DNA of 64,000 nucleotides from NCBI GenBank assembly GCA_036172245.1, contig JAYWIR010000010.1, positions 744,001 to 808,000 of the forward strand. The letters are read 5' to 3'. The notes under the pieces are model-generated. The model saw nothing but the letters and a program-made list of their open reading frames with translations. It was not told the DNA's origin and searched no databases. Within the stretch, counting starts at the first letter, position 1. The number at the start of each line of letters is the position of its first letter. Below are positions 36,325 to 47,999 of the stretch, piece after piece. The position numbers were made by a program, and so were the translations under genes. This stretch comes from Raillietiella orientalis. Lineage: Eukaryota.

Positions 36325-37889
36325 AGTGCTCATCGCTGCTACTGAGCCCTTCAGTGTTGGTGAATGCTTCATTGTACACTCTGAGAAATCTGCAGTCCGC
36401 TGCCAATAGAAACTGGGATGATGCATGACGTAGCCCCACGTCAGGACACGCGGTTCTTCCCCACGGCCCGGGTGCTTCTGGATGAGGGTTTTCCCATGCT
36501 TTGCTGCGCAGGACGGCACGCGCACTGGACACAGTCTTGCTCCGCGTGCTTACGTCAAAGGTGGCGTGTCCCGCGCCACCAGCTGCGGTGCTCCGCGCCT
36601 GGGCGACCAGAGGGCCTTCATTCGCCCAGCTGCCTGTCTCCCGAAGCTCCTGTGCTCTTCATGTCTCTGGATGAGCTCGGGAATTTTTTCCCAGACATGC
36701 CTCCTCCTCCTGCGTCTCCGTCCGAGGGCGGTGCTGACACTTTCCTCCTCATCGCGCCTCGTCGAGTCGAGCGGGAAAGCTCTGTGGTGGGTCGGAAGGC
36801 CTCAGCAGCTTGAGAGAAGTTCCCTGAAGCGAAGACACCCTCGTCGTCGTCCAGCCTATGTGGTTACGGAGCCCGTGTCGGAGGCCATGTGGCTGCTGCG
36901 GTCTCCGCGCGTGGCACCACCAAGCGTCGCGGGGATTGAGTACTGGGAAAGAATCGATGCCGAGAGATGGGGGGTGCGCCGTGGGTTCGAGTTCCTCCCG
37001 CGAGATGACGCTGCTCGGTCTGTATTCATTCGGTTGCGGCTCCAGTAGCGGTTCAAATCGGATGCCCCTAATGAGTGGCTGGGATGGGGGGGAGTCGACC
37101 CTCCGGGTTCTTCTAGGAAGCAGAATCAAGGAGTAGATAGTTTCCCTCTGGTTGTTCAAAGGACTGGACCCCCTTCGGAGAGGACCCTCCGTCTCGTACC
37201 TTGGAGTATAGGTATGGTACCGCTCCAGAGTGCATAAAGAAGCGCATCGCTCCCTTCAGGGAGCGCTCTTCTGAGAAAATTCGGAAGCATCCCTTTGGAG
37301 TCCTTCAGAGGTGGAGAAGACAGGTAGCGGTTCCTTTCCGGGAGGTCCCTCCGGAGAAGAAATTCCTAATGGCAGATCCTTTCCGGGTTTCCTTCTTCGG
37401 AGAAGAAAAAATGGAACGGACATCTCCGGAAGGTCCCTCCAGAGACAACCATGGTGGAGGTTTACATTCGGGGATCCCTCCCCAGGCATGAGAGGAAGGC
37501 AGTGCCCAGGCGTCTCTTGGCACACTCCTCTTATAAGTGCCGGAGGCTGCAGAGCTCCTTGGGAAATCCGGCCATTGCTTGAGCGCCTGATTCTAAATTT
37601 TCTGCTACGAATGGTTCACTTCCATCGGGAAGGACACCAGTCCATTAAAGAAGCCGCGCCATTCCTCTGAGAGAAAGTTCTGGGTGCAGCCAGCTCTTCC
37701 CAGAAGGGAACGAGCCTGCGCATCAGGGAAGAGGAGGACAGTCCGCGGATGGCGAAGAGCTGGCGGATCACTGGGCAGCTGGGGCAGGTTGAGTTCGCCC
37801 GGGATCTCCGGCCCGGAGTGGAGTTCATCTGAACGGGGCTGGGTTTGCCCGGGATGTTCTGCAGAACGGTGGAGCGCGCGAATGGAAGC

Positions 37890-38450
37890 AGGCTCAAACG
37901 CCGCTGCCATCCACTTCTTCCTCCTCCTCCTCGCCATCGTGACCGTCGCCAAGGTCATCTTTCAGCTGTCGCCGGCGTCTTCCCTGTCTCTGCCGTCAGC
38001 ATCCTCCCCCTCCCCCTCTTCCTCCTGACCGTTGTCTTCGCCCTCTCCCAAACTGGCACCACTGCCTTCGTCGCCATCACCATCATCATGACCGACCTTG
38101 TCGCCTTTGCCGTTCCGGAAGCTGCTGCCGCCGTCGCCACGGTTACCGTCGCTACCGCCTCCATCGTCGTCGTCGTCGCCGTCGTCGTTCACTAGGAAGC
38201 AGGCGCCGCTGCCATCCCTCTTCGTCGTCAAGGTGACTGCCTCCGTAGGCATCGCCGTAACGGTGCTGTCTTCGTCGTTGTCGTTTCCGGAGGCGCCAAA
38301 TGCGATCTTCGCAGCCGCCATGGTTACCAGCCGTCCTTATCACCGAGCTCGGAGAAGCTGAAGTGGCTGTCGTAGCTTTCGTCTCCCCCATCGCCACCGT
38401 CAGCTTTGTCTCCTTCTTCCTCCACCTCGTCATCGCCCACAGCCTGTGGG
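37890..38450 (-). pseudogene. Frameshifted Asp/Glu/Gly-rich low-complexity coding-like sequence
   Basis: Acidic text continues across frame changes: GDDEVEEEGDKADGGDGGDESYDS / NDDGDDDDDGGGSDGNRGDGG...GEGEDNGQEEEGEGEDADG / EDDLGDGHDGEEEEEEVDGSG. It uses varied GAY/GAR/GGN codons rather than a pure triplet repeat. Confidence 0.5.
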
Positions 38451-39239
38451 GTACTGTGCCTTGACCACGGGCCTCTCCTTGGACATCGAACAGGTTGCCG
38501 AGGTATTTCTGCTGCAGGGATGCTTCGAGTGCAGCATTTCCGATTAGTGGATCCGAAATGGCGTTCGACCGTGCCCTAAGACGGTTGCAGTCGCTCTCCA
38601 GAGGACGGTGGAGCTCTCCCTCGGCTCTGCAGCCAGGAAGGCTCTCTCTGCGCAGCTTTTCGAACCGGCAGAGTCGATGCAGTTTTTCCCCTTGGCGTGC
38701 CGGCGGCCGGTGCACGGTCTGCTTCCGCGAGAAACGATTTCTCCGTCTCCCTGGGGAGTCTTGAAGACTGGGAGTCTTGAAACAGGAACTTGACGGCATC
38801 TTTACAAGGATGCAGAGGGCGCCTCCCAGCACACAGTGATCCCTTTTCGACCCTCCCTCTCCCCCCATTTTTCGACTTTATGTTTTTTGTCTTATTTTTT
38901 TCTTTTTGTTTGTCTCCTCCTCCCCTGTGCAGCCGAGGCGAACTCCGCTGTCCTGCGTGCCAGTTCCCGGCAGGTTCCTTCTCGTAGTCATAATTAACGT
39001 AGCAGGATCAAACGTCCTGCCACAGACGTTCATTTTTTATAAATAAACGCCCCGGCATGACCGGGAGTGAACCATCTCCCTGAGGAGCAGTTCTTCGTTG
39101 TTTCGATTTACAATTAGATGACATGTTACATGGGGGGCTCTTGATATTCTTACGGAATCCCTCCTATGTTCATCTGGGATGCTCGTCCCCCTTCAGCATG
39201 TCGCCTTCTCGGCTTCCTGTTCTTCGTCTCGCGAGAGCT

Positions 39240-41290
39240 GACCGCTGAGTTTCTCCGCTGCATCGATTTGTCGGTCCTTCGTGTGACGTGGGTTGCATAG
39301 ATGTCGCTGGAGTATCGGATGCACGAAGCCACCATCCGGTGGCTCATCGTCTCTCAGTGCTTCTTCGGAATTCCAAGGTCCTGCAGCATTTCCTCTTTGC
39401 CTGGATCCCAGGCTCCGAGAGGGCCGGCGATGAAAGCATGCATCCTGCACTACTTCCCTTCTCTTCCTAGCTGGGGGGCTGCTTCCTTGTACCTTTCCTG
39501 TTTTCTCCTCCTAGCTGCGCCTCCTCTCCACCCTCATACGGGCAACAGACGCTTAGCACTATAAACCGATTTCCTTTTTTTCATCACCAAGTCCGGTCTT
39601 AAGGGGAAATCCGTTTCTGGAGCTCTCTGGCTAGAGTCCACTTTGCTTCGTCCACTGCTGCCTCGATGATCTCTCTTGAATCGGGTCGTGTCGCGCAGAT
39701 GGGAGTGCCTCTTGCATCTGCTCAATATGTGAGGCAACGTTTCGTTTTCTGCCCGGCAGTGCCGACGCGCCCATTCTTCAGGTTTCATCCTGGGCCCAGC
39801 CCTGACTGGTAGGACGTTCAGCCTAGCTGGGTGGGTGAATCCAGCTGGAATTCCAGGACTACAAGTCCTGGAATCCCAGGTGATCGCCACTGGTGAGGAA
39901 GAGCTCGAGGCATGGTGTGTGCTCACAACACTGCGTGACTTTCCCTTGGCTGATGTGTTTCTGGACCAGGAATTGCCAGGTGCGTCTTCCCTCTGCAGTG
40001 TTCTCACGCCAGAGGTGACCTTCCTGCTCTTGGTGCTGCTGAAGATGATGCCATCGACCGTTATGGTGGGCTCTCCCTCGGCAAATCTCCACCGGGCTTT
40101 TGTTCTTCTCGTGAAGCTCTTCTTCCTTTTGACCAAAGGCTCTCGACGTCCTTGCCACGCCGTGAGAATTCTCCAGAGCAAGCGCCCGGCGTATACCTGA
40201 GGAGCGCGAGAAGCGATGTTCCCGTCTCCCTGAGGAGCAGTTCCAAGAGTATGTTGAACAACAGCGAGAGTTCGGGTGTTTAATACAGCTTTGAGGGTCA
40301 CGTGACCTAGGGCTGCCTCCGTTTCGTCTATTACCCTCAGAACGGGAGAGTGAGATATCTTCCGGATCGAAGAGAAGGATCCGAGCCTCGTTGAGTAAGA
40401 AACCATAGGGGAAGTGGAGGGTGGTAACGGGGTCCGATGGACCAACGAATAGATGAACGAACAAGAGTGGGATGAGGAAGCCCACACGGAAGTGATCGTG
40501 ATTCGTTATTCCCGAGTGTCTGGTCTCAGGGCAGGGACCGGGATGTCCTCACTGGTGGCAGACCATGTCCGTGCACAACAATCCCGAGGTTTGTTTTCAT
40601 TGAAAGTTTGGAAGCGCTTAAAAGGAAAGAGTGGGAGGGTTGTCCGCCTCATTGACAGTTTAGGATGCTTCTGGCCATCGAGGTGGCTGCACCTCAGTGG
40701 TCATTCCACGGGTTCTCCTTCAGGCATAAAACCTACCGGAGGGTACAGCCTTCTGGGACCGTTGCTGTTTCCAGAATTCGAAGCCGCCTTTGTTCACTTT
40801 GTCGCACTTACAGGAGCCATGGAGATCAAGAATTTTTTTTGGATAGTGGCCACGCCCTTCTTCCATTTTGGAGATAGCCGGTGCTCGCAGGTGGGGAAGA
40901 TTGCCGCGGAGTCCGAAGAGGTGAACCCTCCGGTCTGGATCTAAGGGGTACCCCGGACAAATGAGGTGCCCCTACGATACGCGTATGTCCCTGTCAAGCT
41001 TGACGCATTCCCAAAAGCGCGTCTCAAGAGCATCCACGCATATAACTTGGGCATCCTCATTGCTTTGCTGTGGGTGACGTCGCTCTTTTTAAGGAAGTCT
41101 CTCCCCCCCTCCCTTCCCCAGTGAAGCAGCAAGATGGAGGCGTGGACCAGTACGTTCAGGATTTCATGCCCTCTGGAAACTGCAAGAAAGTCGATCCACC
41201 TTTGCGGACCCTGGGCAAGTTCCTTGGGCGTAGACCAGACTTGTTTCTCTCTATTGGACGAGGGGGAGCTTGTTAACAAATACAACCTGC
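39240..41290 (-). mobile_element. Degenerate Utopia/NeSL-clade (R2-group, RLE-type) non-LTR retrotransposon with RT core largely missing
   Basis: Motifs occur in the expected order across frameshifts: RT-start-like SAAIFPTCEHRLSPKWKKGVATIQKK (about 40900-40830); KHISQGKV; FTHPARLNVLPV; degenerate CCHC HCRAENETLPHILSRC; RLE LRPDLV...VCCPYE...ARRRKQERY; C-terminus HAFIAGPLGAWDP...LGIPKKH*ETMSHRMVASCIRYSSDIYATHVT. The C-terminus matches the Utopia pattern GALGAWDP...SRDIY.EH.TG. Confidence 0.85.
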
Positions 41291-41499
41291 CTCATCTTCC
41301 GAGCTTCAGATCTCGTTCTCTTCCTCGTAAAGCAATCGGTTGAAAAATCAAACACATGATTGTGGGCGGACCGCTGATGTGCATGTCTTCCGGGGAGTCA
41401 TGCGTGGGCATCTGCTATTTGTTCATAGCTGGTTGCACACTATGAAATCGCTCAAGGACAAAGATCTAATGGTTTCAACCGGTTCTGAATAGGAAGCCC

Positions 41500-43200
41500 G
41501 CAACAGCAAGGTCGTGCTGTGCTCCCAGACGCGAAAGCGATCGCATTCAACGGCAGCATTCCGATGAATCACCACCATCGGGCAAAAGGACGATCCCAGC
41601 CTGCCACACTCGTCACGATGTGCATTCGACGTGTTTTCTCGAAGCTTCCAGAAACGCTCCTTTTCGATACAGGGCGGCAAGCGGCTGGAAAAGGGATGCG
41701 AATCATGGGGAAGAGCACCTCGCAAAGTGTCCCTTCCCATGGACCAGAAGCTTCCCTTGCATTCCTGTTTCCAGATGGGTCACGGAACTTGGATGCATCT
41801 CTGACGCTTTTCGCATGCATGCGTTTCCTCACACATGCTTTCCTCATGTGTGAGCAAACAGAAACATTGCTGCCACACAGAGAAGTGATGCAAGACACAA
41901 TCCTACTGAACAGAATGTTGGAAAATGTGAAAGCCCTAAACTACACCGAAAGCAAGCCACAACCGAAACAATTCGAGGATAGATCCAACGGCATGGTTTT
42001 TGTTTTCTCTTGCATACCTTGGTCAAACGATGGAGTGGTGTGAAGGAACGCAAATTTCTCGATGCCATCCACATAACGCAGGACGCCATCAAATGAAACC
42101 GAGCTGTGGAGACTTTTGCCAACTGTACATCTCCAGCTTGTGACTTCATAAGGATTAAACGCCCCGGATGACTACGTCCAAGCAAGTACGGTGTATATTT
42201 GAAACATCACTTGCGATCGAAGTGGTCGATCGACAGGGGGAAGTCTAGCTACAAATTGCAGCGGAACATTTGGTTCAGAAGTTTTGCCACAGTCTGCGAA
42301 AAAAGTACAATGAGGAACTTGTTCATAGAAACATTTGAATCCCTTCTCACAGAGCTGGATAAGACCTCAGAAAACGAAAAATTTCAAACGGAATAATCCT
42401 GAAGACTGAAGACCTGCAATTCCTTTGCAGGTAAGAATGAGTTCCTTTCGCATTTGTGTCAAAGAACAGCAAAATTACAATGGATCCGAGGAAGAGCCAC
42501 AAAAGTGCTAACAGAGACAGATGATCTTTATAAGATATTCAGAAGCAAAACAAGAAAAGAAAGCTGTTGGCTGTCCCATTGAATAGTTTCGAATTGCACT
42601 ACAACTTTTCGTAGTTCGCTTTAAAAGAGTACATAAATGAAGTACCTTAGGAGAGGGAGTACGGAAATAACATTGCTTATTTGTCAAGCATGACGAATTG
42701 AATAAAACGATAAATCCCTAATCGATCTGAAGGTCAAGAAAGAACAACTAATATTCAACAAGAGCTGATTTCTGAGGATTTGCAACTTCTCTCCATGTTG
42801 GCAATGACAGTAAACAAGAATACCTTAAGTGTATAAACAAGGAATTGAGTAAGTCTGCTATTAAGTTTTTTTTTTTTTGAAGTACCTTGAGGGGGAAAAG
42901 AGAGAATTTCCCAAACTCACGGAGCATTAAAAAAGAAATGAGACGAGCCAGTTAAAGGATGGACAATGGGGCAGACAATGGGCTAAGTATAAAAAAAATA
43001 ATTTTAAGGCATCCTGCAGAAAATCTTGAAAAAATGGAAAAGCAGAGTGGCATCATTACGAACGACGCCTGCAGATGGAATGTGATGACCGTGAACTGTC
43101 TTATAGTATTCCATAAGAAAGTTGGGTATGAAATGCATAGTGAACCGAGGAAATCTAGAAGAAACCATCAGATTCAACATCCAATTGTATGTGCCTCTTT
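41500..43200 (+). mobile_element. Decayed RTE-like LINE (APE end, linker, start of RT)
   Basis: CRWNVMTVNCLIVFHKKVG resembles W....I.PI.KKG, preceded by a degenerate K..G.D.I-like segment at about 42950; multiple stops. Confidence 0.35.
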
Positions 43201-44831
43201 TTTCCAGAACTGAATGCAACAGGGTTGTAATCATGATTGGAACCGCCATTTGTTAATCTTATCATCCTTCGTTCCCTTATCATTACTTGTGTTTAAACAA
43301 GTGATTTAAACAAAATTTTGTATCACAATTACATATGTTATCTTATTTTCTGTTTGTGAGTCATTTGATCATCGTCATTTGTCCTTCAAGAAATAAATTT
43401 ATAGCATTTTTAGTAATTGTACACTCTGATAATGGAATTACCTTACTTTCGTAAACTATCAAAAATGTCATTATTATATCTGTTATTCATCTCCAAATGA
43501 CAGACGGATATTTTGTATGTTTGTGTGTGTGTATTTTCTTATTTGTATTCCCTAGGTTACAGGTATTTTGAGAAAGCTTACAACTACAGAGCTCAGTTTT
43601 CCCCTGTTGTTTTGCAGTGATGAATAAAAAGAGCCAACATCTTTGAAGAATTTTCTTGTAAGAGAAATAGTAGTTCATGTTGTATCACAATACAGTGTGA
43701 ACAACGTACAATACAATACTTGTTTTAGCAATAGATACGTGACAATTGCTTTTTTGTTTTCTTTATGAATGTAGCATAGGCATTATTCTTTCACGATTTT
43801 ATAGCACCGAGAATTTGAATGTGTTTGTAAGCAGTGGCCTAATTTTTGTATGTAATACAACAACATGGGTTTACTAGCTAAAATTCAAACCACTATTCTC
43901 GTTTATCTAATAGATTCATTAGATATACACAAATGGAAATCGGATTGAAACTTTATCGAAAACTATTAGATAGCAGATCGAATAGATTTGCGAACGTTAA
44001 GTAGTTTTGCAAAAACCCGCAGCGGAAGCATTTAGTTCTATTCTGATTTCTACAACTCTATACTTTGGATAAAGGATTTATTAAGTATTATCAAAATAAA
44101 TGGAAAACAGAATGGAATTTAATTGAGTACTTGTTCCATTTTTTTTTTTCCTCTGATAAATAGGAAAAGAAACCTGTTACTACTTTCAGGAGTCTTTATA
44201 TCTTTGTAGCGGATGATCTTAAAATGAATAATCAACAAGCATTCTGCTAGAATTATCGAACATTTCATCGGAAACATAAATGTCAGAAACCTCTATATGA
44301 CTACAGAGTATACTGTGATATACCGTTATTGCTCTATTTCCCCAAATGTCCTACTTGAGAAAACGCGACGAGGTTTTCTTTCCACACATTTAGAAAGATA
44401 TCCGTTTCCAGTGGTTATTTGATGAAACATAAAGAACTCTTGCATGTTATGACTAAAAACACGTTGCATTATGTGGGATGCACTGTTGTCGAAATCGACT
44501 ATTCCAAGTAAAAGCATGCAATCCATGCCAATCGAATGAAATACGAAAAGCAGGTGGGAACTCTGGAACCTTAGTTTTGCGTATTCGTCGTATTTGCCTA
44601 ACATGATATTGCACCCAAAAACGCAATATTCCAGATAAAATAGTTGAATATAAGGGTAATCCCCCGTGAGCTGGAGGTTCATAGCAAAGGATGGTATATT
44701 AGAAGGGCTGTGTTCTCACTGTACTGCAAACTGCGTTTCATTTTTCACCATAATTACTAAGATTGTGCCCAAAAAATAGGATAACAGAGTCCTTGTTGTA
44801 TTAATGTTGTAATTGCTGCAACTTTAGGAGA

Positions 44832-46444
44832 ATGACGCGTTTCCACGTGCTTTTGAGTATAATTTTCACTGTCGTTGGGATGGCATTTACCCAAGAAAAT
44901 GGTGGTTTGACACAAGAACAGAGCATTCTTCAAACTGTTGAAGGAAAGGAAACATTAGATGAGCAACCCATAGCCAGCAAGAATACAGGTGGGTTATTTA
45001 TCTTTTGTCTCTTTAAAAAAAAAAATTCTTAAGAGCCGCCAAAACTTGGAAATGCAGAGGTCCATGAGGCTGGTGAGAAACAGAATTCAGCATATAATAG
45101 CAAACCAGCGAAGGATGACATGTCACCATTTAGAATGAAGAAATTTAATCTTCTTTGGCAGAAGGCTGCGAAGGTAATTTTGTTATACACACATTTTATG
45201 GCTGGATTTCTTGATATTAACCACTTATTATTTAATATACTTGAGAAATCACAGTTAGGAACTCAAAAGATCTCATTTCTAAAAGTTTTTCAACAATGGT
45301 TTCAGGGGTTTTAGTTATTTACATTATTAACTAATCTTCCAATCTTGCAATTGAAATAAATATGCGAGATTGCAATATGTTTTATGTCCCAGCAATTGAG
45401 TGCAAATAAACTTCAAGGATTAAAAGCTGAATTAGATGTTCTTGATAAAGAAGAAATTGCCCTAAAGCACATGAAAAGTGTAAATCAAGATAAGGATGGA
45501 TTACTGGAAGCTCGTTTGATCAGAAAAGTGAATGGTAGGATGAATGCTTTTCACACATGAAACACCAAAATTTTTGTAATTTTTAGATCTAGTGAAGAAA
45601 TATGATCTGGTAAATTACAATCCAGTTACTGCAGAAAGCTTGAAACAAAATCAGAAGTGGGATTCATATAACAATTTGGATCAGAGAATTTTCAAAGACA
45701 AGAAATTGAATAAACTTTGGTTTAAATCTCTGCAGGCTGGACTGAGTGGTAGGTTGAGGCAGTATAGGCATTTAGGATCTCTTTGGGGGTGTCTTTTGGT
45801 AGAAGAAGAATTGTCTCTTCTGCGAGAAGAGTACCAGCATGTTCAAGACAAAATAGATTTGTTAGAGGCTACAGCTGTTGAAAGTAGCCAGCAAGAAAAA
45901 CAAAATGCAAATAGCATAGAGGAAGAAACAATTGAAAGCTCAACCAATGGGAAATCTAAGTCAGCAGATGTGAGGTGAGTATTAATTTCAAAGTGCTTGC
46001 ATTTTTTGTTAGAGACCAAATGTTGGATCTGAAAATTGACTATAAGAGATTAGAGGCTCTGTCTGAAGCATATAGCAGGCAAGCATCCTTCTCAGAACCA
46101 CAGGTGGCACAACTTTGGCAGATGGCAGTTGAAGCTAAGTTCAGTTCTGTAGAACTTGATTCAATAAAGGTTAGATAGGGAGGATCAAGGAGGGAGGTTC
46201 TCATTAAAGATTCTATTAAAAATTTTAGACTGAGCTGAAGCATTATGAGCAACGTCTTCATAAGCTACACAGTTTACAAAAAAAGTCTCTTCATGGAGAC
46301 CAGGGGAAGGAAAAGAACAAATTTATCGATTTAGAAAAGCCTGATGAAGAATACTTGGATAGGAAGCTGGAAAAGACTCAACATTATTTGAATAAATTGC
46401 AGATGGACTTAGAAAGCCGTATTCGTCATCGTATGGAATTATAA
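44832..46444 (+). CDS. LRPAP1: Alpha-2-macroglobulin receptor-associated protein (RAP), ER chaperone for LDL-receptor family; 7 exons: 44832-44988, 45034-45173, 45393-45534, 45587-45748, 45803-45974, 46013-46169, 46229-46444
   Basis: Signal peptide MTRFHVLLSIIFTVVGMAF. RAP motifs PFRMKKFNLLWQKA, DKDGLLEARL, FKDKKLNKLW, FSEPQVAQLWQMA and ELKHYEQRLHK. C-terminal KDEL-like RMEL*. All introns are GT-AG and phase-consistent. Confidence 0.92.
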
Positions 46445-47999
46445 CTGGGCAGACATTTTTATTATGGTGGTGGTATAAATGCTGTTTATAAAGCCTGTAG
46501 TTTTCATGTTTCACAGTCAAGCTGCAGGTGTTGAACTTATGCTACACTATAATTTTCACACGCTGAACTTCAAGTGAATGCATATATATGAGGATCGATT
46601 AGAAATATTTTTGTAGTACATGCCATATTAAATAGAATGACTTTATTGTAAAAACAAATATGGACAAATATGTTTTGAACTCTGTATGTGATCCAATATT
46701 CATTGTGCAGCCCATGTGAGTGATTCCAGACAGTAAGACATCAGAAAGTTCCCAACTTCATGATTCTGGTTTACTGATGTGTTGATTTTCAAATACTTTA
46801 TTGTTATTTGTTGTTTGTCATTGTTACTCTGTTTTTTGCTTTTTGTCCATGTTCCATAATCAGTTTCAGTTTGATATGCAGCATATTAATTTGACCAGTG
46901 AAACATGTTACTCGGCATTTGGCCCAGTCTTGTAAGAACAACGAAATTTTGTTTGTTTCTTCAAAAATGGCTCTCATACATAAGGAGGCAAATTATTTTC
47001 GCGGTCTTCATTGTAACAAAGAAATATCATCTGTCCCATGTGCTGTTGATTTTATCAGCATTCAAATTTTTTTATGAATGACTGCTCTTATCGTTTAAAT
47101 ACAATAAATTTATAGTTTCATTAGTTGGTTATAAATTTTGTTTATTCAGAAGTGAATTTTTTGGTAAGCATTTGGTTTCATGAGTCCTAGTTCACGAAGA
47201 ATGACCCTTTATTTGTTTCAACCCATGGATCTATGTGAATCATTCACTACATACCCTTGTAACATTTTTCATTCCATTGCATGTATGTCTGTTGCATGTT
47301 TTTATTGTTTTTTCAAATGGAAATGATGCAAACTCTTGTGTAGTTGTTCCCAATTCAGTGGTGTTATCTGTTTGTTCCCAATACTTTGATAGCTTTTGTG
47401 TACGATTTCAGAATGAATTTTTAGAAACGTTACTGTCTAGGATGCTCAGTGTTCATTTGGATTTTTTTTTTAAATTTATCTCTTTCCCTTGTACAAGATA
47501 TTTAGTTTTATGGGCATTGACATGAGTTTAATTTTGCAGTCATGTGTTCTTGAAAAGTTCTTGAAGCTGAGGTATTGCTTTTCTTTGAGCAGTTTCCTCG
47601 GAAGTCTGCACCTTAAGAATAGGAACTTTCAAATTATTTCTTTTTCAAGTAATTGGCTAGTAGTTTAAACTGCTATGGCAGATGTGTTTCCATTCAGGTT
47701 GTCTGTTGGTCCTTAATTTCCATTTCACAATTCATTGTGAGCAGATAACACTGAGTAATTACAGATTATTTGGTACTCCAAACAAACAGATTCCATCAGT
47801 ATAAGCAACGTGAATGAAAGCAGTGTTTTTTTTTTTTTTCCTCTCTCGTGGTTCCGTTGTAGTTGCTTTGCACTTTGAGTTCTCGCTGGTTGGATTGCAA
47901 ATTGAGGAGTGGTTGCAGGGATTTCTCTTGTTGACGTCTAAGGTGGAAGGTTTCGGAAGCCGATGTCCAGAGTAATGCTGCAGACTTCTTACGTGTGAG

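Noticed and set aside
4498..41900. Numerous 100-350 aa ORFs in the six-frame track (e.g. 13585-14454, 15472-16533, 24722-25576, 25335-26276, 32573-33541)
   Set aside because: They are Arg/Pro/Ser/Gly-rich, overlap in several frames and on both strands, and run through homopolymers. This is expected from stop-codon scarcity in GC-rich DNA, and they show no domain signal beyond LINE debris.
44326..44682. 118-aa minus-strand ORF divergent from LRPAP1
   Set aside because: No recognisable domain or splice support, so not reported as a gene, though it cannot be excluded.
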